From a virus, in IMG/VR virus record IMGVR_UViG_3300024999_001421: a stretch of DNA of 64,000 nt; one strand, given 5' to 3'. Positions within the stretch are counted from its first letter, which is position 1. Every line of letters begins with the position of its first letter. Position numbers and translations under genes: made by a program. The notes below the pieces were generated by a model. That model had not been told where the DNA came from. It made no database searches and saw only the letters and a program-made list of their open reading frames with translations. Below, one piece after another: positions 20,161-30,969 of the stretch.

Positions 20161-20739
20161 ATGGCAAAAGAATACTCACATATCGGAAAACCATCCGGTG
20201 AAGAAGGTTTATTTGTAGGTGCGGCAGGTTCTGAGGTGCAGGTAGCATCGTCTACAGGGCAGTTGTATCAGTCAGGTACAGCATTAACCGCGACTGCCGC
20301 TGAGTTAAACTTACTGCACGGAGTAACGGCAACAACTACTGAACTAAACCAGATAGACAATGCTGACCGTATCGAGAAGGTCGCTAAAATAGCACTTGCC
20401 GCAGTAGATACAGGTGGTGGTGTATTTGCTTGGCAGAATGACGAAGGTGCTTCTATTATCGTTACCGGATTAGTTCTTGACGTAACAACTGCATCAACCG
20501 GAGCATGTACCTTAGATTGCGGTACTACTGCTACTTCCGCAACTACTAAAATTGATAACTTGATTGATGGGTTAGATGTTAATGCTGCCGCCGGTGTGTT
20601 TGATAACATTACCGACAAAGGAACAAACGGCGTATCTCGTCAGAAATTGGCATCTGCTAAATGGGTAACAGGTTCGGTTGCCTCCGGTGCATCTGCCGGT
20701 ATTGTTGGGTTTGCTTATATTCGATATATTGTTATTTAA
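20161..20739 (+). CDS. Probable virion structural/decoration protein
   Basis: Gly/Ala/Thr-rich, TATAAELN repeats. Confidence 0.6.
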   Translation: MAKEYSHIGKPSGEEGLFVGAAGSEVQVASSTGQLYQSGTALTATAAELNLLHGVTATTTELNQIDNADRIEKVAKIALAAVDTGGGVFAWQNDEGASIIVTGLVLDVTTASTGACTLDCGTTATSATTKIDNLIDGLDVNAAAGVFDNITDKGTNGVSRQKLASAKWVTGSVASGASAGIVGFAYIRYIVI

Positions 20740-20762
20740 TCGGTTATTAGTCAGGTGAGGAT

Positions 20763-22415
20763 ATGGCAAAAGAACTAACCAAAGCGGAAAAGAAAGAACT
20801 GCAAAAGATACTAAGTGAAATTGAACGAATGAAGAAGGAAGAACATATACGCTTTATTCGTCCATATGATAAGCAGGAAAAGTTTCTTCTATCCAATAAA
20901 AGGAATAGCTGGATATTAGGTGGAAATCGCACGGGAAAAACTGAAAGTGGTGCAATTAGGGCGGTATTCCTTGCATTAGGTGAGAGAATACGCCCATACC
21001 TTAAAGATTGGCCAGAGAATTTAAGGGAGAAATACAAACCATTAATAACCCGTTTTGGCGGTAAACCTACTCGCGGTTGGATATGCTCTGTATCTTTTGA
21101 AGTGCAGCGTGACGTTACTCAAAAGAAAATTTTAGGCGATCCTGAGACTGGTATACCTGGACTTCTACCATTAAGAGAGATCAAAAAGATAACTTACCGC
21201 AGTACTGGGATTATCGACACTATACGCCTTGTTGGTGGCGGAATAATAGGCTTTAAGTCCTATGACCAGGGACGGGAGAAGTTTCAAGGTTCATCTCAGC
21301 ACTGGGCATGGTTAGACGAGGAAGCACCAAAGGAAATATACACAGAAATTCAGATGCGCTTAATGGATACAGAGGGTGACTTGTTTGGTACAATGACACC
21401 ACTTCAAGGTATGACATGGGTTTATTCGGATATTTACGAGAACGATTCAAAACCGATTGAGAAGCGTGACGATGAAATATTTCTAATAATGGTAGAATGG
21501 AATGACAACCCATATCTATCGGCAAAAGAAAAGAAACGCCTTGAAGCGTCTATGGATGAAGCGGAGCTAGAAGCGCGGAAATATGGGCGTTTTATTATGC
21601 CCGGAAAATGTGTTTTTAATGTAAAAAGAATACATGAAATGCAAACTAAATGTTACGACGGTGAACGTGGTAATCTTGTTTGGGCTAACCAATTTAAGAA
21701 TCAAGTCTATTGGGAGTCAGATCCTAAAGGTGATTATGAGATATGGTTTCATCCCGAAGCAGGGATTGAATACCTCATATCTGCTGACGTTGCGGAAGGG
21801 TTGGAACATGGTGACTATGATGCCGTAGGGGTTCTGAATAGGCATAGATTAAGACTAGATGCTGTTTATCATGGCAAAGTAGAACCTGACATACTATCTG
21901 ACTATGTACATAAAATTGCTGTTTATTACGGCAAGCCGCTTGTGGCGATAGAGTTAAATAATCATGGCGGTACAACTATTAGTCATTTCAAGAAGGTCTA
22001 CTATGATATTTACAGGTCGAAGGTTTATGATAAAAGGTCGGATACAACTACTCAAAAATTGGGTTGGCATACAAACTTAAAAACAAGACCGCTAATTATC
22101 GATGCCATCAAGAAGGTTGTCCGTGAAGGCGTTTTTGAGTGCTACTTTAAAAGATTTGTCCATGAGGCAAATAACTTTATAAGGCACCCAAACACTAAAG
22201 AGGCGGCAAGAGGTGGTCAGCACGACGATGTTATCTTAATGTCAGCTATACTTGCATTTCTGCATATGACAATGCCACTTAAAGACACCGGCAGTATACC
22301 GTTTTTGCCGGGACAGGACAAAGGAGTAAGGATTAACCCTATGTCTATGGAACAATGGGCAGACGATGATGATGACGAGGAAGAAGAAGGATTGCCTGGA
22401 TTTTACGGAATGTAG
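20763..22415 (+). CDS. terL: Terminase large subunit
   Basis: GGNRTGKT, AWLDEE, MTP coupling motif, ISADVAEG nuclease, HDD. Confidence 0.95.
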   Translation: MAKELTKAEKKELQKILSEIERMKKEEHIRFIRPYDKQEKFLLSNKRNSWILGGNRTGKTESGAIRAVFLALGERIRPYLKDWPENLREKYKPLITRFGGKPTRGWICSVSFEVQRDVTQKKILGDPETGIPGLLPLREIKKITYRSTGIIDTIRLVGGGIIGFKSYDQGREKFQGSSQHWAWLDEEAPKEIYTEIQMRLMDTEGDLFGTMTPLQGMTWVYSDIYENDSKPIEKRDDEIFLIMVEWNDNPYLSAKEKKRLEASMDEAELEARKYGRFIMPGKCVFNVKRIHEMQTKCYDGERGNLVWANQFKNQVYWESDPKGDYEIWFHPEAGIEYLISADVAEGLEHGDYDAVGVLNRHRLRLDAVYHGKVEPDILSDYVHKIAVYYGKPLVAIELNNHGGTTISHFKKVYYDIYRSKVYDKRSDTTTQKLGWHTNLKTRPLIIDAIKKVVREGVFECYFKRFVHEANNFIRHPNTKEAARGGQHDDVILMSAILAFLHMTMPLKDTGSIPFLPGQDKGVRINPMSMEQWADDDDDEEEEGLPGFYGM

Positions 22416-22429
22416 AAGGGAGAACCTAA

Positions 22430-23094
22430 ATGGATAAGAAAAAACCTATTGTTCTTGAATATCAAGAATTGCTCAATAAGCAGATTAAGAGTTTAGGTGA
22501 CACTATATTTTGTCTATCTGTCGTTATGCCTAATGGCGGAAGTATACATTCAGAGGACATTGATGCCGAAACAATCAAGACTCTAGTAGATACGCAACTC
22601 AAATTAATGCGAGCAGTTCTTTCGTTAGAGGGCGTTGATATACCTCTTGAATATCCGGAAGGTACTTATGAGGACGATGTTAGACAGGTAGAAACTGCCG
22701 GGGAACGCAAAGAACGTGAGGAAGAAAAGGGGTTTTATGCGTGAGAACATGCAGGAAATGCGGCAAGACAGAAGATCAGTTTGATAGTATGGGCAGTTTT
22801 CTTGCTCATTGCAGGTCATGTAAGACTGAAACTACCGAACCTGACGATATAAGCGAAGTTATTAAAGCGGCATTGGAGGATATTGCAGAGGATCTTGATA
22901 CCGAACCTGATACCATTGACGATACCGAGGAACCGGAAGTTGAACAGGAAGAAGTGCAGGAAATACCGTCTTTACCGCTATCTATCTGCCCGAATGTAAT
23001 TAGCTACTTGCCGGATAATCAGTTGATTAAGATCGTTGTTATTGGCAGGAAACAAGGTGACAGGTTTATAGTTGAGGAAACTAAGTATAAATAA
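22430..23094 (+). CDS. Two hypothetical genes (22430-22744; 22741-23094, C2H-type zinc finger)
   Basis: Coupled ORFs; CRKC...HC. Confidence 0.6.
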
Positions 23095-23114
23095 CGGATA
23101 ACCGGAGGTAAGCA

Positions 23115-23243
23115 ATGCTAACTGATAAAGAAAAGAAAGTAATCGACAAAATGAAGTCTACTCCGTGGGGAACTATCGTCATTAAGATGAAGGGCGGTAA
23201 ACCTGTTATGCTGAGTGCGACTGAGGATATAAAGTTAGACTAA
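23115..23243 (+). CDS. DUF2292/YezD-like small protein
   Basis: MLTDKEKKVIDKMKSTPWGTIVIKMKGGKPVMLSATEDIKLD; RBS GGAGG; not in the ORF track. Confidence 0.7.
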   Translation: MLTDKEKKVIDKMKSTPWGTIVIKMKGGKPVMLSATEDIKLD

Positions 23244-23263
23244 CCGAGGACGGTGAATGTGTT

Positions 23264-24132
23264 TTGCATAATCAGTCTAATATGCCTACAGCAGAATTGA
23301 GTGCCGACGTTTTTAAGAAAGTTATCGACGATTTCCCTGGGAGATATGAAAAATACATTGAGAGACAAATGGAAGAAGCAAAGAGACAGACAGAAATAGT
23401 TGATTTTTGTAATTGGTTAGAAGGTAGTTGTAAGGATGAAGAAATAATGGCAATTGGATTGATGTCTATTTCATGTGTGCCACTTCCTCCGTTTTTGTAT
23501 GGCAAAATTAAACCTTGGATTGACAGGTACGAGCAGGAAACATCAACTAAATAACCGAGGACGGTGTTTAAATGGGTACTGAGTATACTTTTGTTTGCGA
23601 GGATTGTAAAAAATATTATGGCATTGGCAAGGATAGCAATGCTTTATACCTGATGCCTACACTCCTAAGAGAGCATGAAGGACATAACGTATTAGTTTAT
23701 TCTGAGCATGAGACAGATATGGAGGCAAATTACGAGGGCAGTAATTATCCGCATAAAAACATTGATACTGGCTATACGGAAGTAGATGTTTTTGGCGAAA
23801 ATGGATTAATTAGTAGACTTAAAAATTTTACTGCTGAATGGGATTATGGGGACTTTTACGACTGGTACAGTAATCAAAAGTGGCATATTGACGCTTATCC
23901 TCCTAGAAAGAAACATACTTCAGAAGAATTAGCAGAACGTCAAGAACGTACAGCAAAGTCAGTCCAAAAGTTCTATGAAACATTGGACGATGATATAGAA
24001 GATTATCTAAACACTGACGATACAGGCAAATGGTATCTTCCTGATAGTGAGAAGGATAAGATATTATCCTATGATCCGAAAGACTGGGTTCCAGTAGTCG
24101 GTCATGCTGATAAATATACCGACAACAACTAA
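23264..24132 (+). CDS. Two moron-like hypothetical genes (23264-23554, 23572-24132)
   Basis: Each preceded by AACCGAGGACGGTG. Confidence 0.6.
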
Positions 24133-24156
24133 ATAATTATCTCGAATCGAGAACGA

Positions 24157-24218
24157 TAGGGATGGGGCGTAGGAGAGTGTCATTATTGGCATTGTCTTAT
24201 GCTTCATCCCTATTTTTT
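24157..24218 (+). terminator. Long terminator/attenuator before the portal gene
   Basis: AGGGATGGGGCGTAGGA...TCTTATGCTTCATCCCT + ATTTTTT. Confidence 0.7.
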
Positions 24219-24239
24219 ATGTCCAAAAGGTGGTGAAAT

Positions 24240-26231
24240 ATGGAAAGCACGATAAGAGGTAACTCACAATCAGAAGAGCAAGCGGTAAGAACCTGCATGG
24301 ATTGGTATGACGACGATAAGGCAGCAAGGCAATTTTATGTCGATGAAATGCGAGAAATGTATAAACTATATACCTCTCGTCACTGGGACTTGCTTGGCCC
24401 GAATGGTAGTCCTTTAAGGACTGAGGCACAGCAGCAAAACAGACCAAACAGCGTTGAGAATATTACCTTCTCTTTAATAGAGGGAACCGTTGCTGAGTTT
24501 GCCAACGAGATTGAGTTAATTGACTACGGAGTTGAACCGGGCGACGAAGAAAAGTCAAACACCATGACCAACCTTAAGAAGTATATCTTCTATAAAAATA
24601 AACTAACCTCCGAGAGAATTAAGTTTCTTAGGTGGTTTTTCCTTTATGGCACTGGTATTTGGCATGTGTATTGGGACTCTAATTGGCGAGGCGGTAAAGG
24701 TCCGAACCGTTGGGAAGGCGATGTTCGCTGGAAAGCGTTGCACCCGTTATGCTTAGTCCCTGATGCAAGATGCCGTGAGGATATAAACGAAGGAAACCGT
24801 TGTCACAAGCCAGTATGGAAAACTATGGAGTATATCAAGGAAACCTTTCCGGATCGTGCTGCATTAGTTCAAGAGCAGGGTTTACACGATGATGATTTAC
24901 TGGATACTGAGCAATTAGATACCGAGGGATTTAGTCGCTCATATAATCAAGAACAAGTTCCGGTGGTTGAAACATGGTATATCGGCAGACCAATGGTTAT
25001 GTATGCCGGAGAACAGGACAGGGGCATAGGTTTACACGTTATATTATGGGCAGGAGAACATCAGGGCGTTTATCTTAAACACATGAATTATATGTACTTC
25101 GATCCTGGCGAGACTCCGATATTTCCGTTTTTTGTGCGGCAGAGATACCCTAGGGAAAATAGTGTTTGGGGATTTGGTGATGCCTTTTATCTTAAGAATC
25201 CGCAGATTGTTAGGAATAAAACTGCTGAGATTATACTTGAAGGTCACATTCATGGTGCAATTGGTCAGACTTGGTATGATGAGAGGTCATTAACCCCCAA
25301 GCAAAGAAGGTTGATTGAGGAAAGAGGTACTGCCCCTGGTATGTGGTTTCCCGTTGCTGATATTAACGGGGTAAAGAGAGAACACGGGCAACCTATCCCC
25401 GGTAGTTTAATTGCTGAAATGGGACGATTGCAGAGCAGTATGGAGGGTATGATTGGCCGCTTTGATGTAAGTCAAGGCAGAACTCCCGGCAGCGTAACTG
25501 CATTTAAGGCAATTGCCGAGTTGGTTTCTCAGGCTAAGGTGAGGCTAAGGACAGCAGAGCAGTCCATCAACTCGTCCTATGAGGATGCTGGTCAATTCAC
25601 TAACCGCTTAATCGGTCAGTTTTATACAGAGAGAAGAACGTACCGGATTATGGGTAAGAGCGATAAAGGCAAAGACAACTACAAATACGATACCTTCGAT
25701 GCCGCAGACATGAGAAAGGTTTATGACAACGAAAGCGGAACCGTATTTCCTCTGAATCAAATAGGTAAGTTTGAATCAGGGGAAATGATGATGCCCGACG
25801 GAAGGACATTGCCGCCGGAATATATCGAAAATAACATTGAAGAATACTTCCCCGACTTTGATTGTTACTGCAAGGTTTCATCGGTAATACCGAGTGACCG
25901 CATGTATCATATGGAAATTGCAAAAGAACTTTTAGTTGCTTCCGTTATTGATCCGGAAACTTTTTTCTATGTCATGGAATACGGTAAATTCCCTCCCATA
26001 CCTGAGATTATGGAGAGAATGAACCAATTAAAAGAAGAAAGTAAGCAAGACGCAATAAATCAGGAAATAGTAAAGAAGGGGCAACCTCCTATTCAAGAGG
26101 AAATGCCACAACAAAACGATCCTGTAATGGAGTTTGTTTCTCAATTACCGCCGGAGATGCAGCAATATTTAGCATCCTTGCCGCCAGAAGAAATGGTGGC
26201 AGAAGTACAGACACTAATGCAACAAATGTAG
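24240..26231 (+). CDS. Portal protein (P22-like)
   Basis: 663 aa after TerL; GTGIW.VYWD, P+F...GFG, SQGR.PGSVTA..AI; Gln-rich tail. Confidence 0.88.
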   Translation: MESTIRGNSQSEEQAVRTCMDWYDDDKAARQFYVDEMREMYKLYTSRHWDLLGPNGSPLRTEAQQQNRPNSVENITFSLIEGTVAEFANEIELIDYGVEPGDEEKSNTMTNLKKYIFYKNKLTSERIKFLRWFFLYGTGIWHVYWDSNWRGGKGPNRWEGDVRWKALHPLCLVPDARCREDINEGNRCHKPVWKTMEYIKETFPDRAALVQEQGLHDDDLLDTEQLDTEGFSRSYNQEQVPVVETWYIGRPMVMYAGEQDRGIGLHVILWAGEHQGVYLKHMNYMYFDPGETPIFPFFVRQRYPRENSVWGFGDAFYLKNPQIVRNKTAEIILEGHIHGAIGQTWYDERSLTPKQRRLIEERGTAPGMWFPVADINGVKREHGQPIPGSLIAEMGRLQSSMEGMIGRFDVSQGRTPGSVTAFKAIAELVSQAKVRLRTAEQSINSSYEDAGQFTNRLIGQFYTERRTYRIMGKSDKGKDNYKYDTFDAADMRKVYDNESGTVFPLNQIGKFESGEMMMPDGRTLPPEYIENNIEEYFPDFDCYCKVSSVIPSDRMYHMEIAKELLVASVIDPETFFYVMEYGKFPPIPEIMERMNQLKEESKQDAINQEIVKKGQPPIQEEMPQQNDPVMEFVSQLPPEMQQYLASLPPEEMVAEVQTLMQQM

Positions 26232-26349
26232 TAAATGTCTGAAACGTGCTGTAGACGTTAAAAACCGTATGGAAAAGTCCATAACATGCACAAGACTATA
26301 AACTGTGCAAGGATAATATAACCGACGGGTTTAAAACGGGAGGTATATC

Positions 26350-27342
26350 ATGTTTAGAGACTTATTAGGAATTAAGGCGACAGAAGATAGATTTTTAGCA
26401 AGATTCAATCATTCGCTTTTGATAGGTGACGATGGCGTTAATGGCGGCGGTAACTTTGTGGATGATACTGAGGCAGACGATCCTAATATTTCCGATAAAG
26501 ACGATGTTGATTTCAGTAACCTATTAACTGACGATGAAGTGGATGCTGGCGAAGATGAAGTTGTCGAGGATGAGGTATTAGAGGAAGAGTCTGTATCCAA
26601 AAAGGAACCGGCAGCTAAGCAGGACACCAAACCTGCCGAAAAAATGTATACCAAAGCAGAGTTGCAGGCAGAGATTGACCGAGTATTAGCCGATAGACTT
26701 GCCCGTGAAAGAGCAAAGATAGATGCTGATAAGCAATTTGAGAAACGTCAAGCAGAGGCAGATGCAGAGGCAAAAACCTATTGGTCAGAAATGCAAGCGG
26801 ATCAAGAGAAGTATTTCGTTAATCTTGGCTTTGATGAAGCAGAAGCAAAAAAACTTGCTACTAAAGAAGTTAAGCGCGAACAGCGAATTGCTAGACTTGA
26901 AAATGAGTTAGTCAACGCTAAGCAGCAAATTGAAGTTACCGGCAAGTCAACTGGCTATGAAAGACAAAAGCAGGCAGTATTAAGCGGCAACCCTCAGCTT
27001 GTACCTTACGCCAATATGTACGCCGCCGAGATTGATGCTTTTAGTCAGGGTGGAGCAATAGTTGACTATGAAACTGCCATGAATCTTATCCTCGGCCAAA
27101 AGTTTGCTTCCGGGGAACTACTTAAAAAAGTAAAGACTACTGCCGAGCAAAAGACTCTTGCCAACGTCAATGGTCGCCAAAAAGTGAAGGTTGAAAGTGC
27201 TAACCTGCCGGGGAGTAAATCCGAGCAGGTTGTTTTATCTCCGTTCCAAAAGAAATTTGCCGCAGGCGTTGGATTGCCAGAAAAAGAGATGGCATCTGCC
27301 GTAATGGAGCAACAGAAAATGAAAAAGAAAAGAGGTAGGTAA
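26350..27342 (+). CDS. Scaffolding protein
   Basis: Acidic N-terminus, YT.AE...I...LARE, coiled coil, position before capsid genes. Confidence 0.8.
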   Translation: MFRDLLGIKATEDRFLARFNHSLLIGDDGVNGGGNFVDDTEADDPNISDKDDVDFSNLLTDDEVDAGEDEVVEDEVLEEESVSKKEPAAKQDTKPAEKMYTKAELQAEIDRVLADRLARERAKIDADKQFEKRQAEADAEAKTYWSEMQADQEKYFVNLGFDEAEAKKLATKEVKREQRIARLENELVNAKQQIEVTGKSTGYERQKQAVLSGNPQLVPYANMYAAEIDAFSQGGAIVDYETAMNLILGQKFASGELLKKVKTTAEQKTLANVNGRQKVKVESANLPGSKSEQVVLSPFQKKFAAGVGLPEKEMASAVMEQQKMKKKRGR

Positions 27343-27344
27343 TA

Positions 27345-28037
27345 ATGGCATTAACTGCAAGAACCACAAATGGGTTTGAGTATGTAAACAATAAGCTAAG
27401 CGGCATTGTCGATAACGCCGTTAGTTATGAATTAACTCCGAATACTGCTTTTTCCGCAGGCGATATGGTGGTGCTGACCGCCGGTAAGGTTGCTAAGGCG
27501 GCAGCAAATGCAACTAATGTACTTGGTGTTATGCAGCAAACTTTTACCACAGCAACTAACCCGGCAGGCGCAACTACATACGGCAAGGTATACGACAATC
27601 CCTATACAGTATTCCGTTGTTCTTTCGCTGACCATAGAGACGCGACGGCAACTGGCGGGACAACTACTACTCTGGTTGATACCGCACTTAGCACCTCCTC
27701 AGACGATGATTGGAACGGTGCGCTGCTCTATATTTACGAAGGTCCGGCGGCAGGAAGTATCCGCACAATTAAGGATTATACAGGTACAAGCGACACTCTT
27801 ACCGTTGAAGAACCTTTCCCGGTTGCTCCGACTACTGCAAGTAAGTATATCCTGCTTGGTGCGGGCGGTTCCGGTGACGTGATCAATAAGGGTAGTATTG
27901 GTGTTGACTTGAAGGATGAAAATACCATTGATGCTAACGCTACAATTGCTAGTGAAGCGGGTCCGTTAGTTGTTTTAAATATCGATCCTGCTAAATTGAC
28001 TATGGACGTTATGATTCGTAAGCACATCTACAAGTAA
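27345..28037 (+). CDS. Capsid decoration/auxiliary protein
   Basis: GDMVVL..G...A...LGV; between scaffold and major capsid gene. Confidence 0.65.
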   Translation: MALTARTTNGFEYVNNKLSGIVDNAVSYELTPNTAFSAGDMVVLTAGKVAKAAANATNVLGVMQQTFTTATNPAGATTYGKVYDNPYTVFRCSFADHRDATATGGTTTTLVDTALSTSSDDDWNGALLYIYEGPAAGSIRTIKDYTGTSDTLTVEEPFPVAPTTASKYILLGAGGSGDVINKGSIGVDLKDENTIDANATIASEAGPLVVLNIDPAKLTMDVMIRKHIYK

Positions 28038-28065
28038 GTATTAACCGATTAATTAAAAATTAAAC

Positions 28066-28102
28066 AAAAGACTTGGGCGGTTTGCCTGGGTCTTTTTATT
28101 TT
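28066..28102 (+). terminator. Terminator-like hairpin immediately upstream of the major capsid gene
   Basis: AAAAGACTTGGGC-GGTTT-GCCTGGGTCTTTTT. Confidence 0.65.
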
Positions 28103-28117
28103 AAGGAGGAAAAACAC

Positions 28118-29020
28118 ATGCCAATGATTTCCGAAAATTGGGCAGAGCAACTTGAACCTGGTTTAAGAAAGATATTTGATCTTGCCGGTAAGAAGGAAAA
28201 GGATTACCTTGGTCTAATGTATAACGTGGAAAATTCCACCAAGGCGCAGGAAACCAGTCAGGGTGTCGGTGACTTAGGATTAATGGAGGAATGGGGCGCA
28301 ACCGGGAATAAAGTTGCCTATGAGGACATTAAGAAAGGTTACACCTCTAACTATATTCACCGTAAATACTCCAAAGGCACACAGATTGAGCGCGAACTTG
28401 TGGACGATGAACAATACGGCGAGATTAAAAAACGTGTTAAAAATCTCCGCATGGTTGAATATAGAACTATTCAGTACCATGCCGCATTGCCGTTTAACAA
28501 TGCTTTCAATGCCTCTTTTAAGGGTCCTGATGGTGTTGCTCTTTGTTCTGCATCACACCCGAAAGCGCTGGGGAGTTCTTCTCTTACCTCTAACTTCGGA
28601 GCATATGAATTGACCGCAGCTAATGTAACTACAGTAAGAAACCTTATGCGCCGCTGGGAAGATGACAAGGCTAATCAATTCTTGGTTATGCCGGACACTA
28701 TTGTAGTTCCAACCGAGGGACTTGAACCTGCCCTTGTTATTGCCGGTACGGATGAAAAGCCAGGGACAACCGACCACGGCATCAACGTGTGGAAAGGAAA
28801 GTTCAACGTCATTGAATGGCCTTGGTTGACTGATGCTAATGCATGGTTCATGTTGGATTCAGAAAGAGCAAAGATGTTCTTGAATTGGTTTTGGCGGAGG
28901 AAACCTGGATTTAAGGCAACCGAGGATTTCGATACTGAGATTGCTAAGTATGCTACAATTGCAAGATTCTCCTATGGTTGGGACGATTTCAGCTTTATTT
29001 TCGGCTGCAACCCTAGTTAG
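28118..29020 (+). CDS. Major capsid protein (Mu gpT-like, HK97 fold)
   Basis: LEPGL..IF, ELVDDEQY, GPDGVALCSASHP, P..IVVP, AWF, RFSYGW.D. Confidence 0.9.
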   Translation: MPMISENWAEQLEPGLRKIFDLAGKKEKDYLGLMYNVENSTKAQETSQGVGDLGLMEEWGATGNKVAYEDIKKGYTSNYIHRKYSKGTQIERELVDDEQYGEIKKRVKNLRMVEYRTIQYHAALPFNNAFNASFKGPDGVALCSASHPKALGSSSLTSNFGAYELTAANVTTVRNLMRRWEDDKANQFLVMPDTIVVPTEGLEPALVIAGTDEKPGTTDHGINVWKGKFNVIEWPWLTDANAWFMLDSERAKMFLNWFWRRKPGFKATEDFDTEIAKYATIARFSYGWDDFSFIFGCNPS

Positions 29021-29066
29021 TTAGTGTAGGCAGAGTTTAATCGCTCTGCCTATTTTCATATAGGAG

Positions 29067-29564
29067 GTGTTTGAAATTTCCATTGCAGAAGGTAAAAATC
29101 CAGTAGGTGAGAGTGCAGCAAGACAAAACCCCGTCACCATCGGCGGTGTTGACGGAGATAATAAGATAGTAGGCCTAGTCTTAAATTCAGACGGTTCGGT
29201 AACTGCTAAATTGGCAGCAGGCACGGCGATAGTAGGTAAGTTTATTCCTGTAGATGCGGATGGCGACGAGAAGTTTACTGCTAATAATCCGGCAAGTGTG
29301 CAACTAACTAGTAGTATAGTTTCAGCGGCAGATAAAGCAAACGCAACAACTTCAGACCAAGAAATAACTGCTGAATTTAATAATGTTGCGGTTACTAATG
29401 ATGGTACAAATGAGTTAAGGCTTTGTATTGACGCAGATTCCACAGCAGGAGTAAAAATAATTTATATTGCTCCTGGAGAATCTTTTGACAAAAACCTAAA
29501 AGGCTCAGAATTACACTATTCAGTATCGGCAGGTTCAGCAACTTTCCGCTATGTCTTATCTTAG
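29067..29564 (+). CDS. Virion structural protein
   Basis: Position, beta-rich composition. Confidence 0.55.
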   Translation: MFEISIAEGKNPVGESAARQNPVTIGGVDGDNKIVGLVLNSDGSVTAKLAAGTAIVGKFIPVDADGDEKFTANNPASVQLTSSIVSAADKANATTSDQEITAEFNNVAVTNDGTNELRLCIDADSTAGVKIIYIAPGESFDKNLKGSELHYSVSAGSATFRYVLS

Positions 29565-29567
29565 GGG

Positions 29568-30863
29568 GTGTTGAATATGGGCTGGAATAAAACAAAACCT
29601 AAGAGTAGAGAATTGGTTGCTGTACCAGAAGGTTTTACTTGGACTGACGCACCAATAACGATTTATAAAAATGAACTTGGAAAATTTGAAACAGATTTTG
29701 ATGTTTCTGATTATGAAATAACAGGAAAAACTTATTACGTAAGTCTAAATGGTAGTGATAGTAATAACGGATTAACATTGGGAACAGCATTCGCTACAGT
29801 ACAAAAAGCACTTACAATGTCAGACGTTGATGTTGTGTTGGTTGCGGAAGGATTATACAAAAAAACTAATACAGGTGTGCCAGGTTTAGGTACAAGCACA
29901 GTAACAATTCCAAGACTCTGTAGTATAAAAACAATGTCAGGAAAAGTCATATTTTCTATGCATCAAGAGTTAGTATGGTCGTTAACTTCTGGCAAAATAA
30001 ATACTTATCAAGCAAGTAGAAGCGGTGTCGGTAGAGTTTTTGATGCTAAGTATATTGATAATTACGGAGATTACCAGGAATTAGATAAACTCCTCTCTAT
30101 AGATGAAGTTGAAAATAATACAAATTCATGGTATACAGATGGGACTATTGTATATGTTCATACTGTTGATAATCGACAACCAGATACATTAATAAGACCA
30201 TATTTTAGTACAGTAGATTGTATAAAATCAATAAGTGGTCACAGTGTCTATCTTGAAGGGATTGAGGTTGAAGGTGGTGGTTCTGTTTTAACCGTAGCAA
30301 ACACAGCAATACTATCACCAAACATATATGCTAAAAACTGCAAGTTTAAATATTCTACTGCTAATGATGCAGTAAATATTGAAGGTGCGACTAATTTTTA
30401 TGCTCAAAATTGCGAAGTAGCACAAAGTTACGGCGACGGTTTTAACTACCATATTTTAAATGGAGTTATCTCTAATGTAATCGAAGTTAATTGTGTTGGT
30501 CGCGATAATGGCGGTGCTAACGTAAATATTGATAATGGTTCTACAATGCACGATGGAGGTAAAGTTATACGTGTAAACGGTGCATATTTTAGAAACAAAG
30601 GTTCAAATATTGGCGATATTAACACAGGAACACAGACATGGAACCTTGGGTGTGTTAATTTTGATTCATTAGCACAAACAGATGATAGATTTAAGTCTAA
30701 TTTTACTGCACATGCAGATGCGGAAATGTGGAATGATGGATGCTATTCCTATGGTTCGTTAAACGCCAATACTGTACAAGATAATGCTACCATGCATTTG
30801 CGTAATTGTCGCATGGAAGGTGGGCAAACATTGGAAGGGACAGGGCAAGTATTAACGTACTAA
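29568..30863 (+). CDS. Beta-helix (pectin-lyase-like) spike/fibre protein
   Basis: YYVS..GSDSNNG, DGFNYH, Asn/Gly-rich repeats. Confidence 0.7.
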   Translation: MLNMGWNKTKPKSRELVAVPEGFTWTDAPITIYKNELGKFETDFDVSDYEITGKTYYVSLNGSDSNNGLTLGTAFATVQKALTMSDVDVVLVAEGLYKKTNTGVPGLGTSTVTIPRLCSIKTMSGKVIFSMHQELVWSLTSGKINTYQASRSGVGRVFDAKYIDNYGDYQELDKLLSIDEVENNTNSWYTDGTIVYVHTVDNRQPDTLIRPYFSTVDCIKSISGHSVYLEGIEVEGGGSVLTVANTAILSPNIYAKNCKFKYSTANDAVNIEGATNFYAQNCEVAQSYGDGFNYHILNGVISNVIEVNCVGRDNGGANVNIDNGSTMHDGGKVIRVNGAYFRNKGSNIGDINTGTQTWNLGCVNFDSLAQTDDRFKSNFTAHADAEMWNDGCYSYGSLNANTVQDNATMHLRNCRMEGGQTLEGTGQVLTY

Positions 30864-30969
30864 CGAAGGTGCGTTAGTTGGTTGGTTGGTTCTAGTTAAC
30901 TATATAGTTGCTTAGATAATCAGGGAGGTGCTTTAACCTCCCATTTCACATACAAGAAGGTGATACAAA

